Assembly (NCBI GenBank): GCA_027064025.1 | Contig: JAMOQL010000136.1 | Coordinates: 1 to 46,510 of the forward strand | Source: Bacteroidales bacterium | Lineage (GTDB): Bacteria > Bacteroidota > Bacteroidia > Bacteroidales > JAFGXI01 | Direction of reading: 5' to 3' | Length of the DNA: 46,510 nt | Part shown: positions 19,351-28,105 of the stretch, piece after piece | How positions within the stretch are numbered: the stretch's first letter is position 1 | Layout: each line of letters starts with the position of its first letter | Notes under the pieces: generated by a model | Seen by the model: the letters and a program-made list of their open reading frames with translations, nothing else | What the model was told of the DNA's origin: nothing | Database searches by the model: none | Translations under genes and position numbers: made by a program

Positions 19351-20082
19351 TTATTTCAAGCTATTTATAAACATTAATAGGCTCAACCAATATTCTTTCG
19401 ATACTTCGTCGGTTTTCCACAATGCTTTTGCACCGTGCTTTCCATCATCGTTTTGTGGTTGAAATACGACTAGTTTATTTTTGGGGACATTTTCGGTTAA
19501 TCGTTTTAAATAAGGGTATTCTAATTGAGTTCCTGCAACATATACAGGCTTATCGATTCCTTTAAGTGCATCGTGAATTAAAAACTCATTTCTAAAAAAT
19601 TCGCCAGGGCTATATGCAATAATAGCTTTTACTTTTGGATTATCTTTACCTATTTTCAAAGCTAAGGTTGCTGAATAAGAGCTCCCCAAAAGAACCATCT
19701 CTTGCTTAGATTTCTCATAAACATAGTAAATAGCAGCTTCGATATCTAGACGCGCATCGTACATCGAACGAAATACCTTTTCGTCTTTGGCATTAATTGC
19801 CGTTTCGTCTGGGACAGAATTAATAGATCCCCCATAACGCAAATCAACAGCTAAACAATTATACTTTAATTTCAACAAGCTAATTGCAATATCTTTAAAT
19901 TCTCCTTTACTATAATTGCCCTGATGAAACAGAATAATATAAGGAAACGATGGGTCTATCTCGTAGAGATGAGCAACAACATCAAGAGAGTCTGAAGCTT
20001 TAAAGACAACCTTATCTTGTGCAGTTAAGGATAAACTTCCTATTAAGACCAATATAATAATAAAAACACGTTTCAATTGCAT
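19351..20082 (-). CDS. Exported alpha/beta hydrolase
   Basis: Signal peptide LTA|Q; LFHQ, AVDLRYGG, nucleophile elbow GSSYS, SPG, GKHG. Confidence 0.82.
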   Translation of the reverse strand: MQLKRVFIIILVLIGSLSLTAQDKVVFKASDSLDVVAHLYEIDPSFPYIILFHQGNYSKGEFKDIAISLLKLKYNCLAVDLRYGGSINSVPDETAINAKDEKVFRSMYDARLDIEAAIYYVYEKSKQEMVLLGSSYSATLALKIGKDNPKVKAIIAYSPGEFFRNEFLIHDALKGIDKPVYVAGTQLEYPYLKRLTENVPKNKLVVFQPQNDDGKHGAKALWKTDEVSKEYWLSLLMFINSLK

Positions 20083-20285
20083 ATAATTTTTCGCAAGTTA
20101 CTAAAAAATTAACGAATTCAATATATCATTGTAAAATTAACAACTTTAAACAAAAATATTATTGATAAAATAAGGTTTCAGAAATAGAATAAATTCTAAT
20201 GTAAAATCTGCCATTAAAATTCATACTCATCTTATTTCAATGTATATTCTATACAATTCTTAGGCCAAAACTAACAAGACTGGGT

Positions 20286-23200
20286 TTATCTCAGAAGTGT
20301 AATTGTTCCTTTTTTTAAAATCTCTGTATTATTAAAAGTGCGAACTTTTGCATAATATACGTAAGTATCCATATTCTGGGGTTTTCCTCTTAATTTACCA
20401 TCCCAACCTAAGTTAAGGTCATTCGAAAAGAAAACTTCCTCTCCCCAACGGTTATATATTCTAAACTCAATCAAATCTTTTATCCCCCAACCTCTTACGT
20501 AAACTAAATCATTTTCTCCGTCGTCGTTTGGTGTAAACGTATTGGGGACATCGATTGTATAATCGTAAAATACATCGATAAAGATTTGCTTTGTAACAGT
20601 ATGACAATTTGAACTATCCATAATTGAAATTGTATATTCTATGGGTTTTGTTACTTCAACAATAGGGGATGGACAATCTGTGCACGAAAGGCCTTCTGTT
20701 GGTGACCAAGAATACCTAATACCTTCTTGATTAGAGTACATTTCAATATTAAATTCCTGACCAACAACTACGACTGTATCTGAGAAACTAGAAAATATTT
20801 GAGGGATTTGTTGCACAAAAACATAAACAGAATCGGTTATTTCGCATCCGTTACTTTCAATAATTCTAGCATAAATCATAGAGCTTTGCTCTGGTTCTAT
20901 ATTTATTTGATAATCGTTTCTATTATTAATTTCAAAATCTGAGCTCCAAATTATTGAGTCGCCTCCAGTAGCCCATAAATCTATACCACTGCCCAAACAG
21001 ATATTCTGATTATCAGAAATCTCAATTTCAGGTACAGAACGAACGATTAACTTTTGGTAAGCAGTATCCTTACAGCCTTCTTGACTTCTCAAATACAAAG
21101 CGACATTAAAAGTATCAATAAGTACTTCTGTATTAATAAAACTATAATCGTTAGGCTGAGTTTGTAGACTATAATCAATATTATCAATTGTCCACCTATA
21201 AACATTTCCATTACCTTGAGATGTATTATTAAACAGTACCTCTAATGGGGAACATGAGTTTGTATCTAATAATCCTGTAGTTGTGTTAACTAAATCGAAG
21301 GACGCCACCACCGGAAAAATATTAATATTTTCTACTTGGGTATATTTATCATCCTGTCCGTCACCGTCAGCGTCACAACCTTCTGCAGGATATGATAGCA
21401 CAATTTCAAATGTTCCATTTTGAGGAACAAAATTAAAACTATGTTCAAAAACCGATGTATTACTAATACCATATCCATCGCCCAGAGTCCACTCATAACT
21501 AACAATATTAGTATCATTACTCATCCAAAATTGAACTGTATCATTTTTACAGACTATATCATCGGAGATATTAATATCTGCATAAGGTCCATCAATAATT
21601 AAATTAAAACTTGTAGAATCGACACAACCATTAGATGTTGATTCGATTACAGATATTTGATAATGCCCTCTATCTTGATAAACAAATTCTGGATTAGGGA
21701 TATATGCCGTATTATTAAGATTATCAGACCATTCGAATTGCAAATATGGGGTTTCTATGCTATCTAAATTAATAAACAGAGGTGATGCTGGATAGCACAT
21801 TAAAGTATCCTCTAAAAGAGTTATTCTTAAATTGGCTTCTTGAACACTGACAGAGTCGAAAATAAAAGATTGGATGCACCCATAAGCATCTTGTATTTGA
21901 ATATTAATTTGATATACTCCTGTATCTTGATAAAGATGATAAAGGGTCGAAGTAATAGCTGTCATATCTCCATAATCACAATCTATTTGCAGATTTAATA
22001 AATCAGCATCAATATTGACTAATAATGAAGCATTTAAACATAGAGATGAATCGACCAAAGAAACATTTGCATCTATTGCATGAATTTCGATATTTCTATC
22101 TGGAGAAATAAATTCACATCCCAAAGAATCGATAAGTTTATATTTTATAATATGCCCCCCCCCTTCATCAAAAAAATACTGAAAAATAGAATCGGAATAG
22201 CACATCAAACTATCTGTAGTATCAAAATACCACATGTATTCCTGCAATGGGAAGATGCTACTCGCCATACCATCAATAGATATAGAATCTCCTAAACATA
22301 AATTAACAGGATTTGTGGTAAAAAGTGGAGATGCAAAGCCCACTGTTATTTGTTGACTAATTGTGTCGAAACAACCGCCCAAACCCGATACTATTACATT
22401 AACATCCTTAACTCCACCAGAGGTATACATGTGCTGCTGAGTGACTAAAGTATCAATAAACCAATTTTCAAAACTTCCATCTCCCCAGTCTATATATACA
22501 GAGTCTACTTCGTAAGTAGTATCCATATTAAGAGTTAAGTTGGGACACGAAACCTCGGGTATCGATACCGTAAAATCAGGTTCTTCTACATTAATCAAAG
22601 AATTAAAAACATAATCGGGACAGCCTGTCGTATTGCTATGCGCTATTATATTAACCGAATAAATCTGTTGGTTTGAGTATTGATGCTGAACTTGATTGCT
22701 GGCAAGAATAGTTGGTGAATAATCTCCAAAATTCCAGTAAAGAGAATCTGCACTATAAGCATCTATAGATAAATTTCTTAAATATGGATTTGTACAATCA
22801 TAACTATCTTGGAAATTATCAAGATAAGGCCCTTTTACAACAAAAGCAGGATTCAGGACAAAAAATCCATTACAACCATTTATTTCTCCTATCAAACCAA
22901 TACTAATAGCTCCGATTGTATCATATACAAGAATTGCATCTCCTACATCGACTATAGGATTACTCGTAAAGCTATCCCAAGTGTACGAATTTATTAAAGA
23001 ATCGTCAGGTGAATTAATAACATAATGGACTTGTTCTCCTCTACAAACAGTATCTTCAAGCACATAGAAACTAATATTTGGTTCTGTTCCCGCCAACACA
23101 TCAACTTCCAGACTATCGACACAACCATGTTCTGTTTCAATTACTAATATATTTGGAAAAACTCCCACTTCATTATAATTTTGTGGCGAAGGAATTTCAT

Positions 23201-24635
23201 CAGACGAAAACCAGACTCCATCTCTATACCAATTGTACGAAATAATATTATCTAAACTAGTAATATCTGGCGTCAGCACAGCATCGAAAGGGATACAACT
23301 TTCTTCTGGAAAAATACTAATTCCATTGATTTTGGTAAAAGTGGCATCAATATTTTGAGTAGAAGTTGAGATACAACCATAACTACTTGTTGCCTCTAAC
23401 GAGTAATAATAAAGACCTTCTTCTTGGATGTCTAAAGTTGGATTCTGCTCGGTAGTTGATAAGACAATACTTGTATCTTCCATATTTTGATAATATATAT
23501 TCCACTGATACGATACAGATTCGCTACTTGTATTTTCTACGGCAATTAATGTTGGTTCACAAATAACATCAGGAATAAAATTAAAATTAATATCAGGACT
23601 CGCATGTACATTAATACTTTGTGTAACTTGAGAAACGCAGTTTCCTGATCCTGCAGTAAGAGTGATGGTATATACCCCTGGATTATCAAAAGCATGATAA
23701 ACTATTGTCCCGTATCCATTAACTGTTCCATCGCCAAAATCCCACATACAAGCAGAACCTTCTGTATTGACAAAACTTACAAATTCTCCTGTACAAATAA
23801 GACTTGTATTAACTTGAATATGAGGATCTAAATCGGCAATCGAGACTTGTCCAACACCAGTAGAAGAGCAGCTGTTAGCATCGTTAACTGTTAAATTAAC
23901 AGTATAATTTCCTTGTTGAAAAAAATGAGTTGGATTGGGTTGGGTAGAGCTACCACCGTCACCAAAATTCCAGCTGTATGATAATGGCAAAGCATCTCCT
24001 GTAGAACTATTTGAAAAAGAAACATTTATAGGTTCGCAATTGATAGAAGGCTGAGCCGAAAAAGACACAATTGGAGGATTAGAAACATTAACATAATAAT
24101 CGTAAATAATATTATTTTCACAACCTAAAGCGTCTTCTACATTTAGAATAATAGAATACGACCCAGAATGACTATATTCATGACTTGGATTATGTTCTGA
24201 AGATGTTGTACCATCTCCAAAATTCCAATACCAAGAAATAATATTAGCATCGCCAGGTAAACTAGCATCTGTAAAGTGAGATACAACAGGAACACATCCA
24301 CCTAAACTTGTTCCTGAAAAAACTACATTAGGAAAAGGATGAACAATTGCTTGATTCGAAAATATATTTGTACCATTATCATCCGTTACTTCTAGCATAA
24401 TAGTGTATACCCCTGGAGTGATGTAAGAAATAAATGGATTTTCGTCGTGAGACTCTGAGCCATTACCAAATGTCCAAAAATAAGACAAATTCCCTGTGCC
24501 CGTAGATTGATTCGTAAAATGAATGGTCAGAGACCCACAGCCTTCATCGCTATCCATTACAAAATGAGCATTTTGTGCTGATAAATTGACGATCAAGAAA
24601 AAAAAGAATGTTATTATTAAGGCTTGTTTATACAT
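20286..24635 (-). CDS. 1449-aa PKD-repeat surface protein/adhesin with T9SS type B (gliding-motility-associated, CHU_C) C-terminal domain
   Basis: Repeated W[NDT]FG[DN]G and Y-x-x-x-G-x-Y-T-I/V motifs with xGC turns; CTD VPNTFTPNDDGENDL...IYNRWG...WDG...KGTITLLR. Confidence 0.93.
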   Translation of the reverse strand: MYKQALIITFFFFLIVNLSAQNAHFVMDSDEGCGSLTIHFTNQSTGTGNLSYFWTFGNGSESHDENPFISYITPGVYTIMLEVTDDNGTNIFSNQAIVHPFPNVVFSGTSLGGCVPVVSHFTDASLPGDANIISWYWNFGDGTTSSEHNPSHEYSHSGSYSIILNVEDALGCENNIIYDYYVNVSNPPIVSFSAQPSINCEPINVSFSNSSTGDALPLSYSWNFGDGGSSTQPNPTHFFQQGNYTVNLTVNDANSCSSTGVGQVSIADLDPHIQVNTSLICTGEFVSFVNTEGSACMWDFGDGTVNGYGTIVYHAFDNPGVYTITLTAGSGNCVSQVTQSINVHASPDINFNFIPDVICEPTLIAVENTSSESVSYQWNIYYQNMEDTSIVLSTTEQNPTLDIQEEGLYYYSLEATSSYGCISTSTQNIDATFTKINGISIFPEESCIPFDAVLTPDITSLDNIISYNWYRDGVWFSSDEIPSPQNYNEVGVFPNILVIETEHGCVDSLEVDVLAGTEPNISFYVLEDTVCRGEQVHYVINSPDDSLINSYTWDSFTSNPIVDVGDAILVYDTIGAISIGLIGEINGCNGFFVLNPAFVVKGPYLDNFQDSYDCTNPYLRNLSIDAYSADSLYWNFGDYSPTILASNQVQHQYSNQQIYSVNIIAHSNTTGCPDYVFNSLINVEEPDFTVSIPEVSCPNLTLNMDTTYEVDSVYIDWGDGSFENWFIDTLVTQQHMYTSGGVKDVNVIVSGLGGCFDTISQQITVGFASPLFTTNPVNLCLGDSISIDGMASSIFPLQEYMWYFDTTDSLMCYSDSIFQYFFDEGGGHIIKYKLIDSLGCEFISPDRNIEIHAIDANVSLVDSSLCLNASLLVNIDADLLNLQIDCDYGDMTAITSTLYHLYQDTGVYQINIQIQDAYGCIQSFIFDSVSVQEANLRITLLEDTLMCYPASPLFINLDSIETPYLQFEWSDNLNNTAYIPNPEFVYQDRGHYQISVIESTSNGCVDSTSFNLIIDGPYADINISDDIVCKNDTVQFWMSNDTNIVSYEWTLGDGYGISNTSVFEHSFNFVPQNGTFEIVLSYPAEGCDADGDGQDDKYTQVENINIFPVVASFDLVNTTTGLLDTNSCSPLEVLFNNTSQGNGNVYRWTIDNIDYSLQTQPNDYSFINTEVLIDTFNVALYLRSQEGCKDTAYQKLIVRSVPEIEISDNQNICLGSGIDLWATGGDSIIWSSDFEINNRNDYQINIEPEQSSMIYARIIESNGCEITDSVYVFVQQIPQIFSSFSDTVVVVGQEFNIEMYSNQEGIRYSWSPTEGLSCTDCPSPIVEVTKPIEYTISIMDSSNCHTVTKQIFIDVFYDYTIDVPNTFTPNDDGENDLVYVRGWGIKDLIEFRIYNRWGEEVFFSNDLNLGWDGKLRGKPQNMDTYVYYAKVRTFNNTEILKKGTITLLR
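22155..22163 (-). repeat. G9 homopolymer (three GGG Gly codons) inside the PKD gene
   Basis: Plus strand atg-ccccccccc-ttc; coding strand GAA GGG GGG GGG CAT. Confidence 0.9.
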
Positions 24636-24659
24636 CGATATTTGATTTAATAGCTACTA

Positions 24660-26786
24660 TTAATAGTCTTCGGGTTCGTTATCATAAATAATTAACTTAT
24701 CAACAGTACCAATAATTCTAAATTCTGTTCTTCTATTTTTAGCTCTTCCTTTTGGATTATCTTGACCATTCGAAAAGCTATTCTGAGCAATTGGTTTTGT
24801 TTCACCATAACCTTTTGCAAGTAATCGAGAACTTTTTATTCCCTTTCTTATTAAATATTGGACAACACTTTCTGCTCGAGATTGCGACAATAATAAGTTA
24901 TACGAATTATTTCCTTTTGAATCTGTATGAGACAATATCTCAACAACAATCTCTGGATACTGATGCATTAATTCAAGGATTGTGGTATCAAGAGTATTTT
25001 TAGCTTTTTGAGTTAAATCCGATTTATCGAATTTATAATAAACATTCGCTAAATTAATAGGTTCATTAGGTATAATATCAACAAAAATATCTCCTAAATG
25101 TAAACTATCCGACTTTCTTAGATTTTGAGTTGTAAATTTAGAAACAACAGAGCCCTTTTTACTTGGAATTTCTAATTCATAATCTTTATCTGGTTCTATA
25201 TCAAAAACACATTTACCTTGTCTTGTACTTTCATTAATGAGTAAAATTCTTTCTTTAGTTTTCTTATTTATCAAAAATAATTTAATCGGATAAGAATCTA
25301 ATTTTTCGGGATTTTCAACCGAGTCAATTGCTAATTGAGTCATTAAACCTTTTTCATAAAGCATCTTGTAAAAAGACGTATCTTTCCTCCCCCAAATATC
25401 GGCATCAACAGTTAATTGAATAAAATTAACATACGAAAACTCATACAAATCATCGCAACAAGTTTTACTTTTCAAACTTACACCTCCTACTCTATTAGAA
25501 ACTAGCATCCCCGTTTCTCTGCTTGGCGACAAAGTAAAATAAATATCGTCTGCACAAGTATTTATTAATTGGCCTGCATTTTCTAGTCCATCCCATTTTC
25601 TGAGTTCCCCATATATTTTAAACACATCGTAACCTCCATAACCTGCCCAATAATCTGAGCTAAAATTGAGGGCATGTATCGTTGTATTATAATTCGGTGT
25701 TATTTCATTGGCAATGGTATTGATTTTACTCCCTGCATTCTTAACTTTCTCAAACATCCCTTTTCTAGAGTTATACGACGAATACCATATATCTAGACCG
25801 CCTTTTCCACCTGGTCTGTCAGACACAAAGTACAATACTTCCATATTAGTTTTCGAATTAACTCCAATTGTTGGTTGGGTTGCTGTATATTTAGAATCAT
25901 TAATTGGGCCATCTATTTTCCTAGGCTTAGACCAGCCCAATGTTGTTTTCTCAGAATAATAAATAGCACATATCATTTTATTTTTCCAATTCACTTTACA
26001 TTTTGTGTAATAAAAACGTTTTCCATCTTTCGAAAAGGCTCCATTGGCAACATTCTGAGCAATAGAATCTGGATAATTTAATTCCCCCTCAAAATTCCAA
26101 TTTCCATCCTTTTTTTTAATCGTATAAAAATTTCTTCTCGGAATTATTTCATTCGAATCTTGAGATGAATAATATTCAAGTCCTTCTACCCGCATCGATA
26201 CATAATTAACCGTTTTAGAGTCCAAATAAATCGGATTCGATTCTATATGTGCCTTATTGATATTTGTATCTAAATGTTGAATTATGATTTGAGGAATAGA
26301 ATCTTTCGTTTGAATAGCCATTACGCATCCTTGCAAAGCCATTTTTGCCAATTTCTTATAATATTTTCTTTCTTTTAATAACTTAGACTTCTTAATAAAG
26401 ATCTGAAATTTCTCTTTACTTTGTTCAAATAGCCCCATACTCTTTTGCATCTGAGCTTGATAATATAGGGCTAACAAATATTTTTCCGAATTACTTTCAT
26501 AAACTTTACCATACCAATAATCAGCTCGTTTATAGTCTCTTGTTTTTCTATATAATTCTGCTAAATCATATTGATATTTCAAATTATTCTTTTTCTTCTT
26601 TATTAAAGAATTATAATAATCTATTGCCGAATAGTAATCATGATTTCTAAGAGCACTTTTAGCAACTTTTTTTATATGGTTAATACCCATCAACGAGATA
26701 TCTTCTTCTAAAACTTGAGAATAAGACTCCAATTGCCCAATGAAAAATAATATTATTAACAAAAAATATTCAATCTTAAATCTCAT
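24660..26786 (-). CDS. PorE-like protein: TPR + PD40 propeller + OmpA C-terminal peptidoglycan-binding domain
   Basis: TPR helices, LYFVSDRPGGKGGLDIW, GYGGYDVF, YYKFDKS...HTDSKG...YNLLLSQSRA...GYGE...NRRTEF. Confidence 0.9.
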   Translation of the reverse strand: MRFKIEYFLLIILFFIGQLESYSQVLEEDISLMGINHIKKVAKSALRNHDYYSAIDYYNSLIKKKKNNLKYQYDLAELYRKTRDYKRADYWYGKVYESNSEKYLLALYYQAQMQKSMGLFEQSKEKFQIFIKKSKLLKERKYYKKLAKMALQGCVMAIQTKDSIPQIIIQHLDTNINKAHIESNPIYLDSKTVNYVSMRVEGLEYYSSQDSNEIIPRRNFYTIKKKDGNWNFEGELNYPDSIAQNVANGAFSKDGKRFYYTKCKVNWKNKMICAIYYSEKTTLGWSKPRKIDGPINDSKYTATQPTIGVNSKTNMEVLYFVSDRPGGKGGLDIWYSSYNSRKGMFEKVKNAGSKINTIANEITPNYNTTIHALNFSSDYWAGYGGYDVFKIYGELRKWDGLENAGQLINTCADDIYFTLSPSRETGMLVSNRVGGVSLKSKTCCDDLYEFSYVNFIQLTVDADIWGRKDTSFYKMLYEKGLMTQLAIDSVENPEKLDSYPIKLFLINKKTKERILLINESTRQGKCVFDIEPDKDYELEIPSKKGSVVSKFTTQNLRKSDSLHLGDIFVDIIPNEPINLANVYYKFDKSDLTQKAKNTLDTTILELMHQYPEIVVEILSHTDSKGNNSYNLLLSQSRAESVVQYLIRKGIKSSRLLAKGYGETKPIAQNSFSNGQDNPKGRAKNRRTEFRIIGTVDKLIIYDNEPEDY

Positions 26787-26795
26787 AAATAATTT

Positions 26796-27815
26796 TTAAT
26801 ATCTATCGCAAGGGATAGTTTTTTTCTTAATATCCGTATCAATACCCTTATATATAAATGCAAATTCAAATGCTCCTCTATTTGCTGTTGCAGCTCTTAA
26901 ATTCGAGATATTGACGTCATAACTAATACCCACATATAAATGACTTAAATTTAACCCTGCAACAAAAATCAAAGCATCGCTCCTCAAATTTACAGGATCT
27001 CGATAATGAAGCCCTACAAAAACATCATTAATATCAAAAGGCTTAAATGGTAAAATATAACCTATATTCGAACCAATCATCATTTCTCTTGCATCTCTAT
27101 GATAATTAATACTTAAATAAGGGGAAATATAAATCCGCTCTGTTAAATCATACTTAATCCCAGCCTGTACTCCTAACCTCATATACAAGAAATTATCATA
27201 CTCCGTAAAAGTTTCTTTTGGAAGAAAAATATGATGCAACGACAAACCAATTACGAGTTCAATATTATACAATTTACGGCTCCAAGCGATGCCAATATTA
27301 AAGTCTGGATAATTTAGATTTTCGCATAAAATCTCCCCTGAAGATAAACCTGAATTAAAATAACCACTTGTATTATCGAATTGATTTGGAAGGGTAACCA
27401 TACTGTTATCGATACTTTTAAAAACCCAACCCAACTGAACTCCAACATGAAATTCATTATAATTTACTTCTTTATGATATGCCAAAGACAAGAAAAGTTG
27501 ATTTACTGTTAAATTAATTCCTCCAGATTGATCATTAACAAAATAAATTCCTCCAGAAAATTTCTCAGAATATAAATAAAACTTTCTATCATAAGCGATT
27601 GAACTAGTATTATATGGTTTCTCAATAGCTCTCCACTGGGTTCTGTAATTACCCATAACTCTCCAATCCTCATCCTGCATTCCTGTATACGAAGGATTTA
27701 AAAGTAAAGGCGAAGCGTAATATTGTGAAAAATGAATATCTTGAGCATAAAGATGTTTTACCGAAAAAGACCATACAAAAAGCAATATTAAAGCTAGTTT
27801 AAGTCTATTAATCAT
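26796..27815 (-). CDS. porP: PorP/SprF-family T9SS outer-membrane barrel
   Basis: QDIHFSQYYASPLLLNPSYTG, NYRTQW, GISYDVNIS, GAFE. Confidence 0.93.
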   Translation of the reverse strand: MINRLKLALILLFVWSFSVKHLYAQDIHFSQYYASPLLLNPSYTGMQDEDWRVMGNYRTQWRAIEKPYNTSSIAYDRKFYLYSEKFSGGIYFVNDQSGGINLTVNQLFLSLAYHKEVNYNEFHVGVQLGWVFKSIDNSMVTLPNQFDNTSGYFNSGLSSGEILCENLNYPDFNIGIAWSRKLYNIELVIGLSLHHIFLPKETFTEYDNFLYMRLGVQAGIKYDLTERIYISPYLSINYHRDAREMMIGSNIGYILPFKPFDINDVFVGLHYRDPVNLRSDALIFVAGLNLSHLYVGISYDVNISNLRAATANRGAFEFAFIYKGIDTDIKKKTIPCDRY

Positions 27816-27882
27816 AATTAGTTACATAAAGTAGTTTAGTTTTTTAAATGATTTAACACATACGTGTAAACCACTACTTTTA

Positions 27883-27911
27883 TTAGACAATAATAAACAA
27901 TAAAAGGTTGC
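27883..27911 (-). promoter_or_regulatory. Putative ECF-sigma promoter for the porP operon
   Basis: Minus strand GCAACC-N16-TGTCTAA, matching the generic ECF pattern (AAC at -35, GTC at -10), about 70 nt upstream of the ATG. Confidence 0.6.
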
Positions 27912-28105
27912 TTATAAAAAAATCACTAGTATTTCTATAAAAAATTATCATTAATAAAATAACAAATTAAGTCAAGATATTTCCACTGATTTATTATAAC
28001 TTTGTTTGTTAACTCTAGAAGTAAAAAATTAAACATTATTCTTACAACTAAGAGTTATTAAAAATAATGTCAAACTCTTTCATTATTGGAAGATAAAAAA
28101 TAAAT

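Noticed and set aside
20083-20285. Possible 22-23 aa minus-strand ORFs (e.g. MADFTLEFILFLKPYFINNIFV) after the PKD gene
   Set aside because: Length and composition are expected by chance in AT-rich DNA; no motif support
20286-24635. DNA-level tandem repeats or a diversity-generating cassette in the PKD gene
   Set aside because: The repeats are diverged and visible only at protein level; no near-identical template/variable pair or reverse transcriptase is present
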